A stretch of DNA of 63,097 bases, counting the filler, from Collodictyon triciliatum (Eukaryota): assembly GCA_043381765.1 (NCBI GenBank). It is 6 parts of 5 records of this genome, joined end to end, with 100 filler letters (N's around TTAATTAATTAA, not from the genome) between each part and the next. Parts side by side here need not be neighbours in the genome. Positions count along the whole stretch, not along the records: positions 24,171 to 42,303 come from JBHJMP010000258.1; positions 42,404 to 49,438 come from JBHJMP010000259.1; positions 49,539 to 63,097 come from JBHJMP010000260.1; 3 more parts are not named here. One strand, given 5' to 3'. Numbering within the stretch: the stretch's first letter is position 1; each line of letters begins with the position of its first letter. Below are positions 40,498 through 54,072 of the stretch, piece by piece. Both the position numbers and the translations under genes were made by a program. The notes beneath the pieces were generated by a model that was not told the DNA's origin, searched no databases, and worked only from the letters and a program-made list of their open reading frames with translations.

Positions 40498-42078
40498 NNN
40501 NNNNNNNNNNNNNNNNNNNNNNNNNNNNNNNNNNNNNNNNNNNNNNNNNNNNNNNNNNNNNATTTTAATTTTTATTTTAATTTTTATTTTAATTTTTATT
40601 TTAATTTTTATTTTTATTTTTATTTTTATTTTTATTTTTATTTTTATCGTTGCGTTAATTTTCATGCATGTAATATGACTTGGTTCTCACTTCGATTCCT
40701 GGGCGTGAAAAAAAAAAAAAGGTCCCAGCGGCTCAACACCCCATGACTCTGTTGACCATTCCAAAGGTGTTTTGGTTCAGCAGCCACGAACTATGTCAGG
40801 GCAGAACGGACAACAAACAGCCACCTCCGTCGCTGGCCACTCTGCATATTCCTCAATATCAGAGGCTGAGCTTTTTCACATGCGAGGGAAATCTGAGTAT
40901 GCCACGAACTATGTAAAAGTACCCAAGATGTAAGTCACACCACCGTACCGCATACTGATAAAAAAAAAAAAAAAAAAAAATAAAAAATCTAAAAAAAANN
41001 NNNNNNNNNNNNNNNNNNNNNNNNNNNNNNNNNNNNNNNNNNNNNNNNNNNNNNNNNNNNNNNNNNNNNNNNNNNNNNNNNNNNNNNNNNNNNNNNNNNA
41101 GTTATATAAAATGTTTGCATCTCAAACGTTCACATACACAGCGATACAGCCTCCTCTGATTATCCAAAGCAAACCCCTCTTATCCGGGAGACCAGAAAGT
41201 CTCTCTACCAATCGCCTTCCTTTGAGCCGGCCCCGCCACCCGCGCAAGGCACAACATTCCACGGATATGCAACAATCGGGCCCATGCAAAATCTCTCAGG
41301 AATGTCCAGTCTGGTGCAAAGCCCGCCAACGCCAGACGCTCACCCTGGCAGGGCTCGTGGGGCTTCATCCGGAGGCCAGGCGCCCACACCACACAAAGGA
41401 GCCCACACGAACACACCCGCAACCCTTTCCCAGAGGGCGCCAATAGTATCGACCGTGGTTTCCACTCCAGTTGGTCAGAAACAATACGTGGGCTCCACCC
41501 CGACGTACGCCCACGCGCTTGGAGTCAGCCCACAAGAGCAACACACGCCTTCCACACAGCAGCCCGCACCCGCACAATCCAACTCTGTAATCCACTTCAC
41601 GCCCTCAGCCCAAGCGGCATACGCCAATCCCAGCTCCGGATCTTTCAAGAGTGGCAGTCCATCGGGCGATGCGTTTTCGGCTATTCATCGGTACGACCCG
41701 ACCCAACTCGAATATACAAGACAGACAACCCCGGGTCACTTTCACAGCCCGAACTATCCCAACGCAACTACACCACCAAATTCATCGAGCCCTTATGTGT
41801 CTCTCAACCCGTCCTCGTCGTCATCATCGTCATCACAATACGGACACTTTCCCTCTAAATCTGGCCTGCACTCTGCCTCAAATGCCTCGGGTTCAGGCCT
41901 CCAAACCCCGGTCCAAGTTGTCGGGCAAGCTGCGGCCCAATCCGCTGGTCGGTCAGCAACCCTATCTCAAATCCCCTCCCAACACATCCCGAATTCCACC
42001 TCTATGCACCTTCATGTTTCTGGCTCTCCAGTCCAACCTGGGAAAGGGTATCGCCCGCCCCCTCCAAGCTATAAGTGA
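37335..42078 (+). CDS. Large hypothetical protein: N-terminal coiled coil plus Ser/Pro/Thr-rich disordered region ending in a PPxY motif
   Basis: Coiled-coil exons near 37335-37857 and 38500-38625, track ORF 38925-40197, exon 40722-40929 and a final exon 41142-42078; the last three join in phase. The model crosses three gaps and the start is uncertain. Confidence 0.65.
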
Positions 42079-43351
42079 CACATGGATTCTGCTTTTATAT
42101 CTATGAACTTTTCTTTTTCTTTTCTTTTATCTTTTCTTTTATCTTTTCTTTTATCTTTTCTTTTATCTTTTCTTTTATCTTTTCTTTTATCTTTTCTTTT
42201 ATCTTTTATTTTATCTTTTATTTTATCTTTTATTTTATCTTTTATTTTATCTTTTATTTTATCTTTTATTTTATCTTTTATTTTATCTTTTATTTTATCT
42301 TTTNNNNNNNNNNNNNNNNNNNNNNNNNNNNNNNNNNNNNNNNNNNNTTAATTAATTAANNNNNNNNNNNNNNNNNNNNNNNNNNNNNNNNNNNNNNNNN
42401 NNNTGAAGATTATAAAGTCGGTTGACAGTCTCAGGGATTATAGCAATCTACGTCACAAAAATGATAATCTTGAGTCTTCTGTTGATTTTTATTCTTCCTT
42501 TCAGTTTGCGCAAGATGGTATAAGGTGTCACTTCCATTTTTATATATACTTGACAAAATATAAGTTAAAGAAGATTTTTGTGGATTCATCTGCTCATGCA
42601 GCTTTCAAAATGTGCGAAAAAATGATTGGGTGTATTTTTCACAAAGAATTGTATAGAACCTTATTATGAGATACGTCTAGATAAAGAATCGAAGAAATGC
42701 AGCAAACATGTTCAGGAAGTTCGTGGAGCTATTTCGATTTTTAAGTGTATCTTAGGATAATGTTAATTCAAGAAAAATTATCATGAAAATTACATTGTTT
42801 CTTCCGAGACACAAAAATGTCAGATTCTGCAAAAGAGATACACTCTCTGGCAGTTTCGTTAGATTCATTCCATACAAACTGAGAGACACAAATCTGATTT
42901 GATGCTGGGATGGTGTCCACCCTGGATTCACTACCGATTCAATCTGTACATAGGATTGTATTATTTATCCTTTCAAATTAATTCGTGGTACTGAGCATTA
43001 GTGGCGGCATATTCAATTATCTGTTAGTTTATTTTTTTTTACATGAATGGTTTGGCTATATTATTCCCACAATTGTGTGCATCTTTTAATCCAAAGAAAC
43101 CTTTTCGCAGAGCTCCAGAGCACGAATATGTTTCTCGTCTTCATTCCCTTCCAATCCCCAGCACGGAAGGTTGGTAATTGCATACGGTGCCCTCTTTACA
43201 GTTATTTTCCCGCTCCACTCGATGTTTATTGTTTTCAGATTTGTAAGCGATGTCATTTGCGGAGGGAGCTCCTCTATCTATAAATTACTATGAGGATATG
43301 CAATCCAGTTTGTTCTATCAGCCTTGAATAAACGAGTAAATATAAAAAAAT

Positions 43352-44545
43352 TCAAATACATACTGGATTGTTGGCAATGTCGAGGTATATTAGACTCGTT
43401 AAGTATGACATTTCAGGTGGAAGTTTCGATAGGCGGTTACAACTAAGAATTAGATTAGTTGCATTTGTCAAACACGATATTTCTGGTGGTAGTGAAGACA
43501 ACTGATTTAGACAAATAATAATATTTTGAAGACCCGCCATAGACGCAATTTCTGCAGGCAATGATGAAAGCTGATTCTCATTAACACGGATACTAGAGAC
43601 ATTGTTTAAGCGCGATATTCCTGACGGCAAAGATACTAGCATATTTTCACTCGCATGAATCTCTTTCAGCTTCTTCAGACACGATATTCCCGAGGGCAGG
43701 GACGACAAATTGTTCTTATATATTCCTAGTGTAGTGAGTCTCGTAAGGCATGATATACCTGCTGGCAAATGTGACAATGAGTTATTACAAGTATTAAGCA
43801 CTATGAGGTCTGTCAAGAGCGACATTTCTGGTGGCAGTGAGGATAACATGTTTCCGTGTAAATTCAGGTGCGTTAGACTTGCTAAGCGCGATATTTCTGG
43901 TGGGAGTAATGACAGTTTATTCCAAGAGGCATTTAAATCTTTTAGATTGCACAAGCATGATATCTCTGGTGGCAGTGAAAAAAGCTCATTACTACCAACA
44001 ACAAATTCAGTGAGACTAGTCAATTGTGCTATTACTTTGGGCAGATTTGAGATTAGATTGTTACTAACATTAAGGAATTTAACCTTGGCCAAGTGTGATA
44101 TCTCTTGAGGAAGAGATGATAACCGATTACAATGAACATTGAGATACGTAAGATTCGTCAGACAGGGTACCAAAGGCGCTACAGATGACAGGTAATTTTG
44201 ATGGACATCCAAATATACGAGACTTGTCTGGCAGGAAACTTCTGGCGGCAGAGATGCTAAGTTATTCTCATACAGAACGAGGAGCGTAAGACCTGTCAAG
44301 CGGGATATTTCTGAGGGGAACACATACAGACGGTTTTGATTGAGATACAATTCCATCAAGTCTACAAAGTCAAACACCGCAGAAGGCACAGAAGTCAGGC
44401 TCCGAGATCGTATATCCAATTGGGTACAGTTTTTTAGAGCATTCCGCCAACCATTTGGCGAGTATTCTGGGCGAAGCCTTTTGAGTTCCTCGGCGGGTGA
44501 GAGGTCTTCACGTCTTGTGGCGCTCCTTGATAAAGCATGGCCCAT
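43352..44545 (-). CDS. Intronless LRR-only protein (~15 x 23-aa repeats) with a possible N-myristoylation site
   Basis: A 397-aa ORF with repeating LxxLxLxxNxLxxLPxEIxxL units; it starts MGHALS (Gly2, Ser6). Confidence 0.92.
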   Translation of the reverse strand: MGHALSRSATRREDLSPAEELKRLRPEYSPNGWRNALKNCTQLDIRSRSLTSVPSAVFDFVDLMELYLNQNRLYVFPSEISRLTGLTLLVLYENNLASLPPEVSCQTSLVYLDVHQNYLSSVAPLVPCLTNLTYLNVHCNRLSSLPQEISHLAKVKFLNVSNNLISNLPKVIAQLTSLTEFVVGSNELFSLPPEISCLCNLKDLNASWNKLSLLPPEISRLASLTHLNLHGNMLSSLPPEMSLLTDLIVLNTCNNSLSHLPAGISCLTRLTTLGIYKNNLSSLPSGISCLKKLKEIHASENMLVSLPSGISRLNNVSSIRVNENQLSSLPAEIASMAGLQNIIICLNQLSSLPPEISCLTNATNLILSCNRLSKLPPEMSYLTSLIYLDIANNPVCI

Positions 44546-45316
44546 TGTGTGAGATATAGACCTATTGAAAAGCTGGATGGGTTGCCTGTTGGTGCATCAC
44601 ACGGGTCCTTCTATGTGACTGCGTTCCTCATTTGGCGTAAGGAAAGGGGCGATCTTTTGATTGTTGTTGTGAGATCATAGAGCCACACGAGGCGACCTCT
44701 TTTCCATTATTATTTGTTTATTTTCCCTCTTTTTTAAGGTTATTCTTGAATGTCCCAATCCGCTTTTATTCTCAAGTTGATATGTTTTAATTGTCTATCC
44801 CGTGATGTGTGTTTCTTTTAGAATGGGGTTATGTTGCTGCTTTTACCGTCTCTGGCTTCTTAGGTTGTCTACGAATGATGCAAACTCTACTCTTACATAT
44901 CTTATTGGTGGATTCGGTGCATATTATGCAAACACATCAGGAACAAAATTTCTCTTCCAGTTAATCAGGTACTTAACCGCGCATCGCCTTCCGTGTGGTT
45001 CGCTAATCATGCTCCATATTCTAGAGCCCTGGGTGTTTGTTCTGGCATACATATTTTTTATTTTAAAAAAACGTATCATTGAGTTCTGATTGTACTTTTT
45101 TTTTTTAGCTGGGCCTCTCGCAGACCGAACATTTGCCATCGCGCTATGGTATATTGTTTGGTCTAGAAGCTATTTTACAGAGTTTGATGGGTGATTGGTC
45201 AAGAATTGAGGGGTATATTCTGCTCTACACATATCTATCACGCAGAAAGAAATATCTAATATCTTTAACAACAACCAACGTAATATCATTTTAGGCATTT
45301 TTCTTTTATGCATGAA

Positions 45317-45570
45317 ATACATACATACATACATACATACATACATACATACATACATACATACATACATACATACATACATACATACATACATACATAC
45401 ATACATACATACATNNNNNNNNNNNNNNNNNNNNNNNNNNNNNNNNNNNNNNNNNNNNNNNNNNNNNNNNNNNNNNCATACATACATACATACATACATA
45501 CATACATACATACATACATACATACATACATACATACATACATACATACATACATACATACATACATACA
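45317..45570 (+). repeat. (ATAC)n microsatellite with an internal gap
   Basis: Directly visible. Confidence 0.95.
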
Positions 45571-47474
45571 TTATTGCATAGGATTCATAAAAAATAAACT
45601 GCAGGATGAGATGTGACTTGTATGTGCGTCTTTTTTATCTAATTTTTCTCTTTGGATTTATGCACCTGTTTCGAGGTATGAACAGAAAGAAGTTAAAACG
45701 AAAAAAATAAAAAGACATTATCAATCGCGAATAAACTGAGAAACAGAGACTAAATCAGGATTTTATGCCAGCAAAACTTAGCAAAGTGCAACCAACTGGA
45801 ATAATTGTATAGAGTCCTGGACTGCACAAAATTATCAGAAATTTATACAAATACATTATTTATTTGTTTATTATAATTGTACATACAAATCTATTTCCTG
45901 AATGGTCTCCTTCGCCACTTCCACGTTCTCCATTATTCAGGCCCTGCGAATGAGGGCATGCAGGAAAAAAAAAATGAGAGATGAAACCTCGACTCGCATA
46001 TGCTATACAAGCACAGCAGACAGGTCCAGGCCAAAATGCAGGATGCCATTCATGATAACAGACTTGCCATTCAAGTAGTAAATCAGGGCTGAAATTCTCA
46101 TCATGCACAATTTGAAAGAAAGCATGAAGAAAAAATCTCGACGAATGGCGCAAGTGGTTTCAAAGATGGCAGAGGCGCGGGAGGCGCTATTCGAATGAAA
46201 CGCTGAGTCTAATTCGCATGAATAAGAGATTGGTATGCACGCACAGCGGCTCTGTCATAAACGAAAATGATAGTGAAGGCGGTGAAGGCACATGCGGGCG
46301 TACTTGGGCTTCTGGTCAGTCGATTCCAAAAGGGGCTTTTGAGATATTCAGACTTATATAAGTGAATGACGGGCTTAGTTCACATCCTGTCGTAGCTGAT
46401 TCTGGAAAGTTCTATGACACCATCGTGCGGGTTTTGGCGGCTCGAAATAGGCGCCCATTTGCTTATCTGAAGGCCATTCCGTTATCCTTGTTTGAACGAT
46501 GTTTAACATATGGGAATCCACAAGAACTATCGGATTTGCCAGCCGACGACACTTTCTGTACAGTCCAGTCATCGTAGTCCACAGAAATGTTCATCTCTAG
46601 TATACCGAACCCAGTCTTCTACACGATGTGGTTCAGTAGTCTGCCCATCCTCAGTAAGCAGTTTTTATTGTGAAAATGGCGGGTTAACACAGGTTCTAAC
46701 TATCCTAGTTCAGGTAAGAGTCAGCGACGGCAACAAAAAATATTATGCAATATCATGTTTTGTTTGGATTTTTTTGTAAGCATAGACACTTAATTTAGAA
46801 GACAGAATAGATGCATTTTTATTACATTTGTTTTCTATTAAAAAAAAAAAAAAGAAAGAGTAGCACCGCAGGCCCACATATACTATTTGTGTCGGTACTT
46901 CTGAAAGGGATTTGAAGAGGCAGGTGAAGAGATATTCGTTCAATAGAAATATATTATTTTTTTTTACTGTCGACCCCATCACCTGAGCAAATGTGATTCA
47001 CCTTCATTTTGATTATCTTCGAATCGAGGATGTACTACTGTCCGGTCTCTGTATAACGCTGGAACGGATCCAGCTTGTGTCTGCTGATGTATCTAAGGGC
47101 TTCACAGTGTCGATCATTGAGTTAGTTGAAGGTGAGTGCATCCAAGTAAATGCGAGAGATTTGTTTCTATATGGGTAGCTATGGAGCTCTAGTTAAAGCG
47201 ACAGGGATTAAGCGCATAGAAAGAGTGAAACAATCAATAAACCAATCAATCACGGTTCTTAGGAAAAGAGGGGTATTCATAAAATGCATTCAAAATATCT
47301 TCTCTATATTCTCTCCTTAGCCTGTTAAGTATCGAATTACCCTATACTCATAAGCACTTTTATAGCATCTCGCAATTATTTTTTAAAAGGAATAATGTAA
47401 TATCTTATTAAGCAAGGAATCCCGAATGTATAGTATTATTTTATGATGAAGAGAAGGGTCCGTTAGCACCAGAC

Positions 47475-47992
47475 TTAGATTTGTGCTGACGTAATTCGCT
47501 GTAACACAACCCCCTTTCGGTCATATGGGAATATTTGTGGCGTTGAATCCGTGGGAATGTCTTGTGCGACTAGATTGGTCTTCTGCAAAGATGAAATAAA
47601 CAACTCCCACGTTGCCGGATTTCGAATGGTTTGTGCTACATAAATCACTGGCATGTTCCCATTTCGGCGCATCAGTGCTTGGAGGGCAGAAATCAAAGGT
47701 TCGATAATTGTCGGGTCGTAAATACAGTCGGCAACAAATATGGTGTCTACGAATGGTAGCCTTTCGTGCAACGAAAAATCTGGGTATCGTGCACGATTAC
47801 GATATGTAATAATAATTATGAGTGTGTATAGATGAGGTGAATTTCTCGGTGGAGCAATCTTTGTGGAGGCAGGAACCAAAAAAACCAAAAAANNNNNNNN
47901 NNNNNNNNNNNNNNNNNNNNNNNNNNNNNNNNNNNNNNNNNNNNNNNNNNNNNNNNNNNNNNNNNNNNNNNNNNNNNNNNNNNNNNNNNNNN

Positions 47993-48029
<37 letters not shown>

Positions 48030-49210
48030 AAAAAAAAACCAAAAAAAAACCAAAAAAAAACCAAAAAAAAACCAAAAAAAAACCAAAAAACCAAAATGTA
48101 GACCTCTAGAAATAAACTCCCAATCGTACTGCGAAACATAAACATGACCTCCAAGAGATTCATCACCAGAAAAAACAGACTTCGAGACAGGATTCAGGTT
48201 ATCTGTGGTAGAACTAATGAGATTGAAACTCTATGAAATCTTTTCTGCCTTGAATAAAAGGGCGTTTGGTTGTATGAAGAGACATGTGACACTACATTTT
48301 GTTGTGAATGACAGAAAATAAAGCGTACTGATGTTAAGATTGTAATCTAAATTTTGCATCACCATTTCACCATAATCTGTCGTCTAGAGACAAAAAGTAT
48401 AAAGAAAACAGACCAATAAAAAGTGCAACACTTAGTGCTTCTTTGCTCAAGTTTCATTTACAAATTTGATTCAAACGAGGCAATTGTAAGCGTACCCATA
48501 AATATGTTGGCCCTACAGAATTTATCACAACTGACGTAAACCCTACACCGGCACCAACTTCAAAACATCGTCTCCGCTCTACTATACCTAAAATACGTAT
48601 GGATACACACACACTTAAATTCAAATCATGTACAAGTCTTTGGACATAATATCATCAACTATCTGTAATTTTATTATTCTTTCAAAATATCAACCAACAT
48701 GGATTTGACAAGATATATTCCGCTAGAAAGAATCCACAGGGCCACGTTGTCATCCCAACCTTAATTATTGATGTCACAATAAACTCTCATTAAATAAGTA
48801 TGGTAAACTGTGCACCAAAGAGATTCTTCAATTTATTCCTATCGTAAAACGACCTTTTTCTAAAAAAAAAATTTTTTTTTTGAAGTTTTAATGATAAAAA
48901 ATACCTCATTAAATTGCTGCAGTACTCGCACTGTGCAGTATTGTACTTGAGGCTCAATATCCCTGGTATGCCTCCAACGAAAAGTTTTATGGCAAGGAGG
49001 TGGCGTTCTCCCACCTTCCTCTGGTCTGAGTTAAGTTAATATCGAAAAGCAGGTGATTATCCTGCTTCAAATTTCCCTTTATACATACTTTCAAATATTT
49101 ATCCGTCGAAGTTTGATTAATCTTGTGCAGTAATATTTAAGTTTTGATTACCTCTTTGGTGCGCTTTCCATGAGTGAAAAGTATGTTTCCATTAGCTTTT
49201 CAGAGAGTTC
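47475..49210 (-). CDS. Protein-lysine N-methyltransferase, family 16, EEF2KMT/FAM86-like; 5' partial
   Basis: Spliced: ELSEKLMETYFSLM...|VGMTTWPCGFFLAEYILSNP|...CFEVGAGVGFTS...|TTDYGEMVMQNLDYNLNIN...YDW...|IFVADCIYDP...VAQTIRNPATWELF, i.e. motif I ExGxGxG, DxxY and the TIRN motif. Confidence 0.85.
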
Positions 49211-49734
49211 CTACGAACACATGGCATATTTTTCTCCAATTAACCATACACATACTGTTGTAGTGAGTGTCAATGCATAAGCCTGGTAGATATATCACCA
49301 GTGCATCTTTTACATCAAGCAGAAAACAAAATATAAACAAAATATAAACAAAATATAAACAAAATATAAACAAAATATAAACAAAATATAAACAAAATAT
49401 AAACAAAATATAAACAAAATATAAACAAAATATAAACANNNNNNNNNNNNNNNNNNNNNNNNNNNNNNNNNNNNNNNNNNNNTTAATTAATTAANNNNNN
49501 NNNNNNNNNNNNNNNNNNNNNNNNNNNNNNNNNNNNNNAAAAAAACAAAAAAAACAAAAAAACAAAAAAAACAAAAAAACAAAAAAAACAAAAAAACAAA
49601 AAAACAAAAAAACAAAAAAACAAAAAAACAAAAAACAAAAAAAACAACCCCACGATGGCTGAACCTGAAAATTAACTTTTTATTTCACTTGAATTTTTAT
49701 TTTATTTTTCTTTAAAAGTAAAACTTTTATGTAG

Positions 49735-51382
49735 ATAGCAGATATTGCAAGAAAAATCCACGAGGAGAATGGATTCCTTCCACCATCAAGGCTCGATACA
49801 TGCAAAACAGTGAAAACGGCGATTGTGGAGGCAAAAGAAACTCACGACGTGGATGTTCACTTCCTTTTCCTCAACGTAAGCGCCCACTTTTAGGTGGAAT
49901 ACTACTGTCTCTCTTCACATATCGGTATCACGAAAGTACTATTAGGTCGTAATGAGGTCCATAATTCCTTAACAACAAGAATCATTTCCCCTTTGTCTTT
50001 GTGTATGTTTGTTTGCATCCTCTTTATTACAAATATTTTTGGAATGATGACCATGATTTAGTTGCCCATGGAATACCTATCAGAAGAGCATGCTATCTTT
50101 AAAGGAAGATTCACAATTGAAAACAGAATGGACGAAATGCAGGTGCAATTCTAATTTTAAATGCTCTCAATCGATCTACCAAGTTGATGCAATATTCAGA
50201 CTGTCATATATATGAATGTTGAGCGACACCAAAATCTTTTTCATGTGTTTGATTTTCCTGTTAAAAAAAAAAAAAGAGACTAACACCATACTTCTGTTAT
50301 AAATCGTGGCAGAATAAACGCAAAGTCGTCGATTACCTCAAGGGACTAAACAGCCGCAACATCATTGGTTTCCTTATCTTTCAATTATATCGCGCATCAT
50401 ACTTGGTTTGAAAGCGATTCTCGTTATCTCACTTTTTTTTTTTTTAAAAAAAAATGCCGTAGAAAAACTTTCAGACTTTCACTTTCTTCTCTATCTGGTT
50501 CGCGAAGGCATTCTATGTTCCAAGGTAATGGACACACAAACATTTGGCCTTTATGCATATTGAAGTCTGACATATTTGTTGGCAGATTTATTTCGCAGAA
50601 TCCATTATCTCGTTCCAAAGCACACATATTCCATTTCTTATTCTCTTCGTTTAAATAACAAGACGGACATTCCGGTGATATCGAGTGCCATCGTCCAAAA
50701 AGAGCCCGAAAACCTGGCTGGATATGAGTTTATCTTGAAGGAGGTGCATTTCATTTCAATTATCTGGCAGATTCTGCATGTATCTCATGGAATATATTTT
50801 CCATCATATTATTATCCCTTCCAATCAAGCACATCATATACCTCCCCTTTGTAATCAAACTCACTCTACCCATCGAAAACTAGATTCGATAATGCAGCGT
50901 GCGATCTGTGGCTCCCGCTTTCATTCTGCCATATTTTTCTCTCTTATGCCGCTGAGTCGAATACCATTTTAAATAAAAATAAAAAAACAAAGAAATAAAA
51001 TAAAAAAAAATTATTACAACACGAGATGTGACAGCTGTGTGAATATCCCGTAAGTTAGTTACAATCACATTCAAGCCAGTCCATGACCGGCAAAGCATAA
51101 ACGGCGATATAATCACGGAATAACCAATTGTCCCACGTCGGGATTTCCTGTTGGAAAGCAGAGTTTCACCGCCATATTCCAAGATGAGCTCAGCCGAAGT
51201 AAGAGACTTACTGGTGTGTTATCTTTTTATCCAACAATATTCACAAAAGAAGAAAAGAAGAAAAGAAGAAAAGAAGAAAAGAAGAAAAGAAGAAAAGAAG
51301 AAAAGAAGAAAAGAAGAAAAGAAGAAAAGAAGAAAAGAAGAAAAGAAAAAAAGAAAAAAAGAGAAAGATAACAGGGAAGTAG
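49735..51382 (+). CDS. Hypothetical protein, multi-exon, 5' partial
   Basis: In-phase joins: IADIARKIHEENGFLP...VHFLFLN|LPMEYLSEEH...MQ|NKRKVVDYLKG...|DLFRRIHYLVPKHTYS...GYEFILKE|LCEYP|SFTAIFQDELSR|RK*. Family not recognised. Confidence 0.65.
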
Positions 51383-51653
51383 AAGATGACAGCGTTTATC
51401 CCAGGACATGACACAACACAAAAGAAACCCAACCGTGTCGCATATTAGAATAACACTACCGAGTATCAAGCGCACCTATCTTTTCAAGTCTCACACCGGA
51501 TTCAAATCCCGATTTCCCTCCTTTCCCTGTCAACTTCTCTCCCAATCGACCAGACTTGATCATTTTGATTTCGTTTCTGATGTTGGGCCGTACAGAGATT
51601 CCAGACGGAAAACAGATGCATCCAAATGACTTGAGCGGACTGTTTTGCAGGCA

Positions 51654-53600
51654 TCAGGCGGATTTCACGGGCGGCAGCAATGACTGGCGCGGGGCGGACT
51701 CGTGAAGAGGAAGCTCGCCCCACTTTTCAAGAAGCATGACCAAAAACCACTCCAGATCGACTCGCGACCCGCTGCAATTGAAAGAGCATGTAAATTGAAT
51801 AGAGTAATAGGAACTATGAAAGAAAGAAAAAAAAACAACCAAAAGATAAAAAATAATATATATATATAAAAAAAAAGTGATTATAAACACCAACGGGAAA
51901 TTAATAAAACTAATAAAATAATTCATTTGTCCAGAACCTTTGGTCGATGTGGGTGTTCTCAACCATCTTTGATTTCACATCCATCAGAAACTTCTCATCA
52001 TGTGAAATACCATCAAAGACCATCTGAATCGCTTGCTCGGCGCGCATGATGGATATCATAACAGGCCCGCGCTGTTGTGTAAGCGATGCGGCGCTGGTAT
52101 GCTGCAAAACAATACCGAGACAATGACTGCGGAAGGAAACAAATTAAAACAAAGAAGAAAAAAAAAGTAAAATGAGCTGGTAACTTTGTATAGTCTCGCA
52201 AGGACTGGGCTGGTGCGACATTAGTTCATCTATCTTCAACACACATGTTCTATAGACTTCTTCCTATACTATCCTTTATACTTAAAGAGCGGCATTATTG
52301 TTGAAAACATACGTGAAGAAATTCAGGTCCTCAATCTTAAGGTCATCATCATATCCACAAAAGCGAGCAAAGAGCTCAATTTGTGGTAGAACACGGACGT
52401 ACTGCTTGACAGACTTGACAAACGTATTCAGATGCTGGGTTTCATCGCGTCGATCGAACATGTAAAACGAGCGTTACCCAAGGAGGATTAGGATAAAAGG
52501 ACAATATTATTTTAAATCTTCAGTTAAAAAAGAGTTCATTCGTTAATGTTGAATCGACTAAAATGATATAGTCTCAGATATTTACTTGTTCTGCGAGTGT
52601 TTTTAGCCCATACTTTTGCATAAAAATATCGCGGACGAATTGAGACATGGAGACAAAAAGAACCTGCATAATTCAAAATACCGTCAATAATTAATCAAAG
52701 TACAGAGGATTGGGTTTTTCGCTTTCATACGTACGAATTATAGGGGGAACTGAAAACTTAATTATTTATTAATGATGTATTTCATGACCTTTAGATCTTT
52801 GTTTTTAGCATGAACACGGTCAACATAAAATTGGAAGATTCGCTTCTTCAAAAGATTTGCCTTCGCCAGAGAGTTGTAGTTTGCCGCAACTTCAGGTACT
52901 TCAGCTAGGTTTGCAGGTTGCGTGTAATTTGGGCATGAAAATAGTCCATTTTAATTTGAATAAAAAGAATAATACGAACGGACCAAACAGTTCCTTTCAA
53001 AGTGATTCCTCTAACCTGGCGTAAAGTTGCATACTTTGACATTGGTGGTTGGATTAATAGAATCCTTAATTCGTATTCTTGGGTCGATTAATGCTGCCAG
53101 CGCAGTCGGATGGTAGACCTGCTCGCCTGGTTGGAACTGTGCGGTTGGGTCCTGATCATTTTTTTTTAAATTCGATAGTCATAATTTAATTCTTGAATGA
53201 AATGCGACGTCAGTAACTATAAAAAAGTAAAAGTAAAAGTAAAAGTAAAAGTAAAAGTAAAAGTAAAAGTAAAAGTAAAAGTAAAAGTAAAAGTAAAAGT
53301 AAAAGTAAAAGTAAAAGAAANAGAAAAAGAAAAAGAAAAAGAAAAAGAAAAAGAAAAAGAAAAAGAAAAAGAAAAAGAAAAAGAAAAAGAAAAAGAAAAA
53401 GAAAAAGAAAAAGAAAAAGTAAAAGAATAAAGAAGGCCCAAGGCCTAAATCTCCACCATCTTTTACTAGTTGAAGGGAATAATGGGAAAAAAAGGAACAG
53501 GGAAGACGAGTGTACAGGTCGAAAGGGCAGAACAGCAAGATGGCTCTGAGTAGTATCGAGTTTGCTCTCCAAAATCCATATTTTTGTTGCAAACGTAGCA
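51654..53600 (-). CDS. Hypothetical protein with a TSNAXIP1-like (flagellar-associated) helical region; start uncertain
   Basis: Spliced: LLKKRIFQFYVDRV...|MSQFVRDIFMQKYGLKTLAEQ|HLNTFVKSVKQY...IELFARFCG...DLNFFT|HCL...|VDLEWFLVMLLEKW. The KYGL..AE..L....V..Y.....LFARF pattern recalls TSNAXIP1-related proteins. Confidence 0.55.
53225..53428 (+). repeat. Compound (AAAAGT)n(AAAAAG)n microsatellite, intronic
   Basis: Directly visible. Confidence 0.95.
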
Positions 53601-53914
53601 CTTCCGTGCCTTATAACACGACCGATCGGGTTGCAGAAAAGAGTCACTCGACCACAATGCCGGGTTCCGACGATGTTTGTGGACTGTTTCAGAAGAATAC
53701 AGAGGACGCGGGGCAAAAGGAGCGAGGCGTTGCTGCGGCTGGACAGATCGATTCTGTGCTTCTTTCGCGGAGAAGCCAAGGACGCAGGCAGATTTAGTGG
53801 TCAAAGGGGGAAATAGAACTCATCTGAAAATATTTTCCACAATAGATGTATCAAAATTGGTATGGTAGGCCACGTTTTATCGCTCTTGGGAAATGGAAAA
53901 AAGAAAGAGTTGGC

Positions 53915-54031
53915 CTAATGGATCATCCGCCAAAGCGACAGTGTGATGATGATAGACAGATGGATAAACGAGTAGACTGCAATCCTTAGAATCATGTTGG
54001 TTCCTTTCGTCTTATATCCCACCGCCTTTGA

Positions 54032-54072
<41 letters not shown>

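Noticed and set aside
46990-47180. Protein-like minus frame with in-frame TAA/TAG suggesting a ciliate-type code
   Set aside because: TAA and TAG terminate well-supported genes here (CSN5, DUF1294, the methyltransferase) and conserved exons have no in-frame stops; the segment is short and unrecognised.
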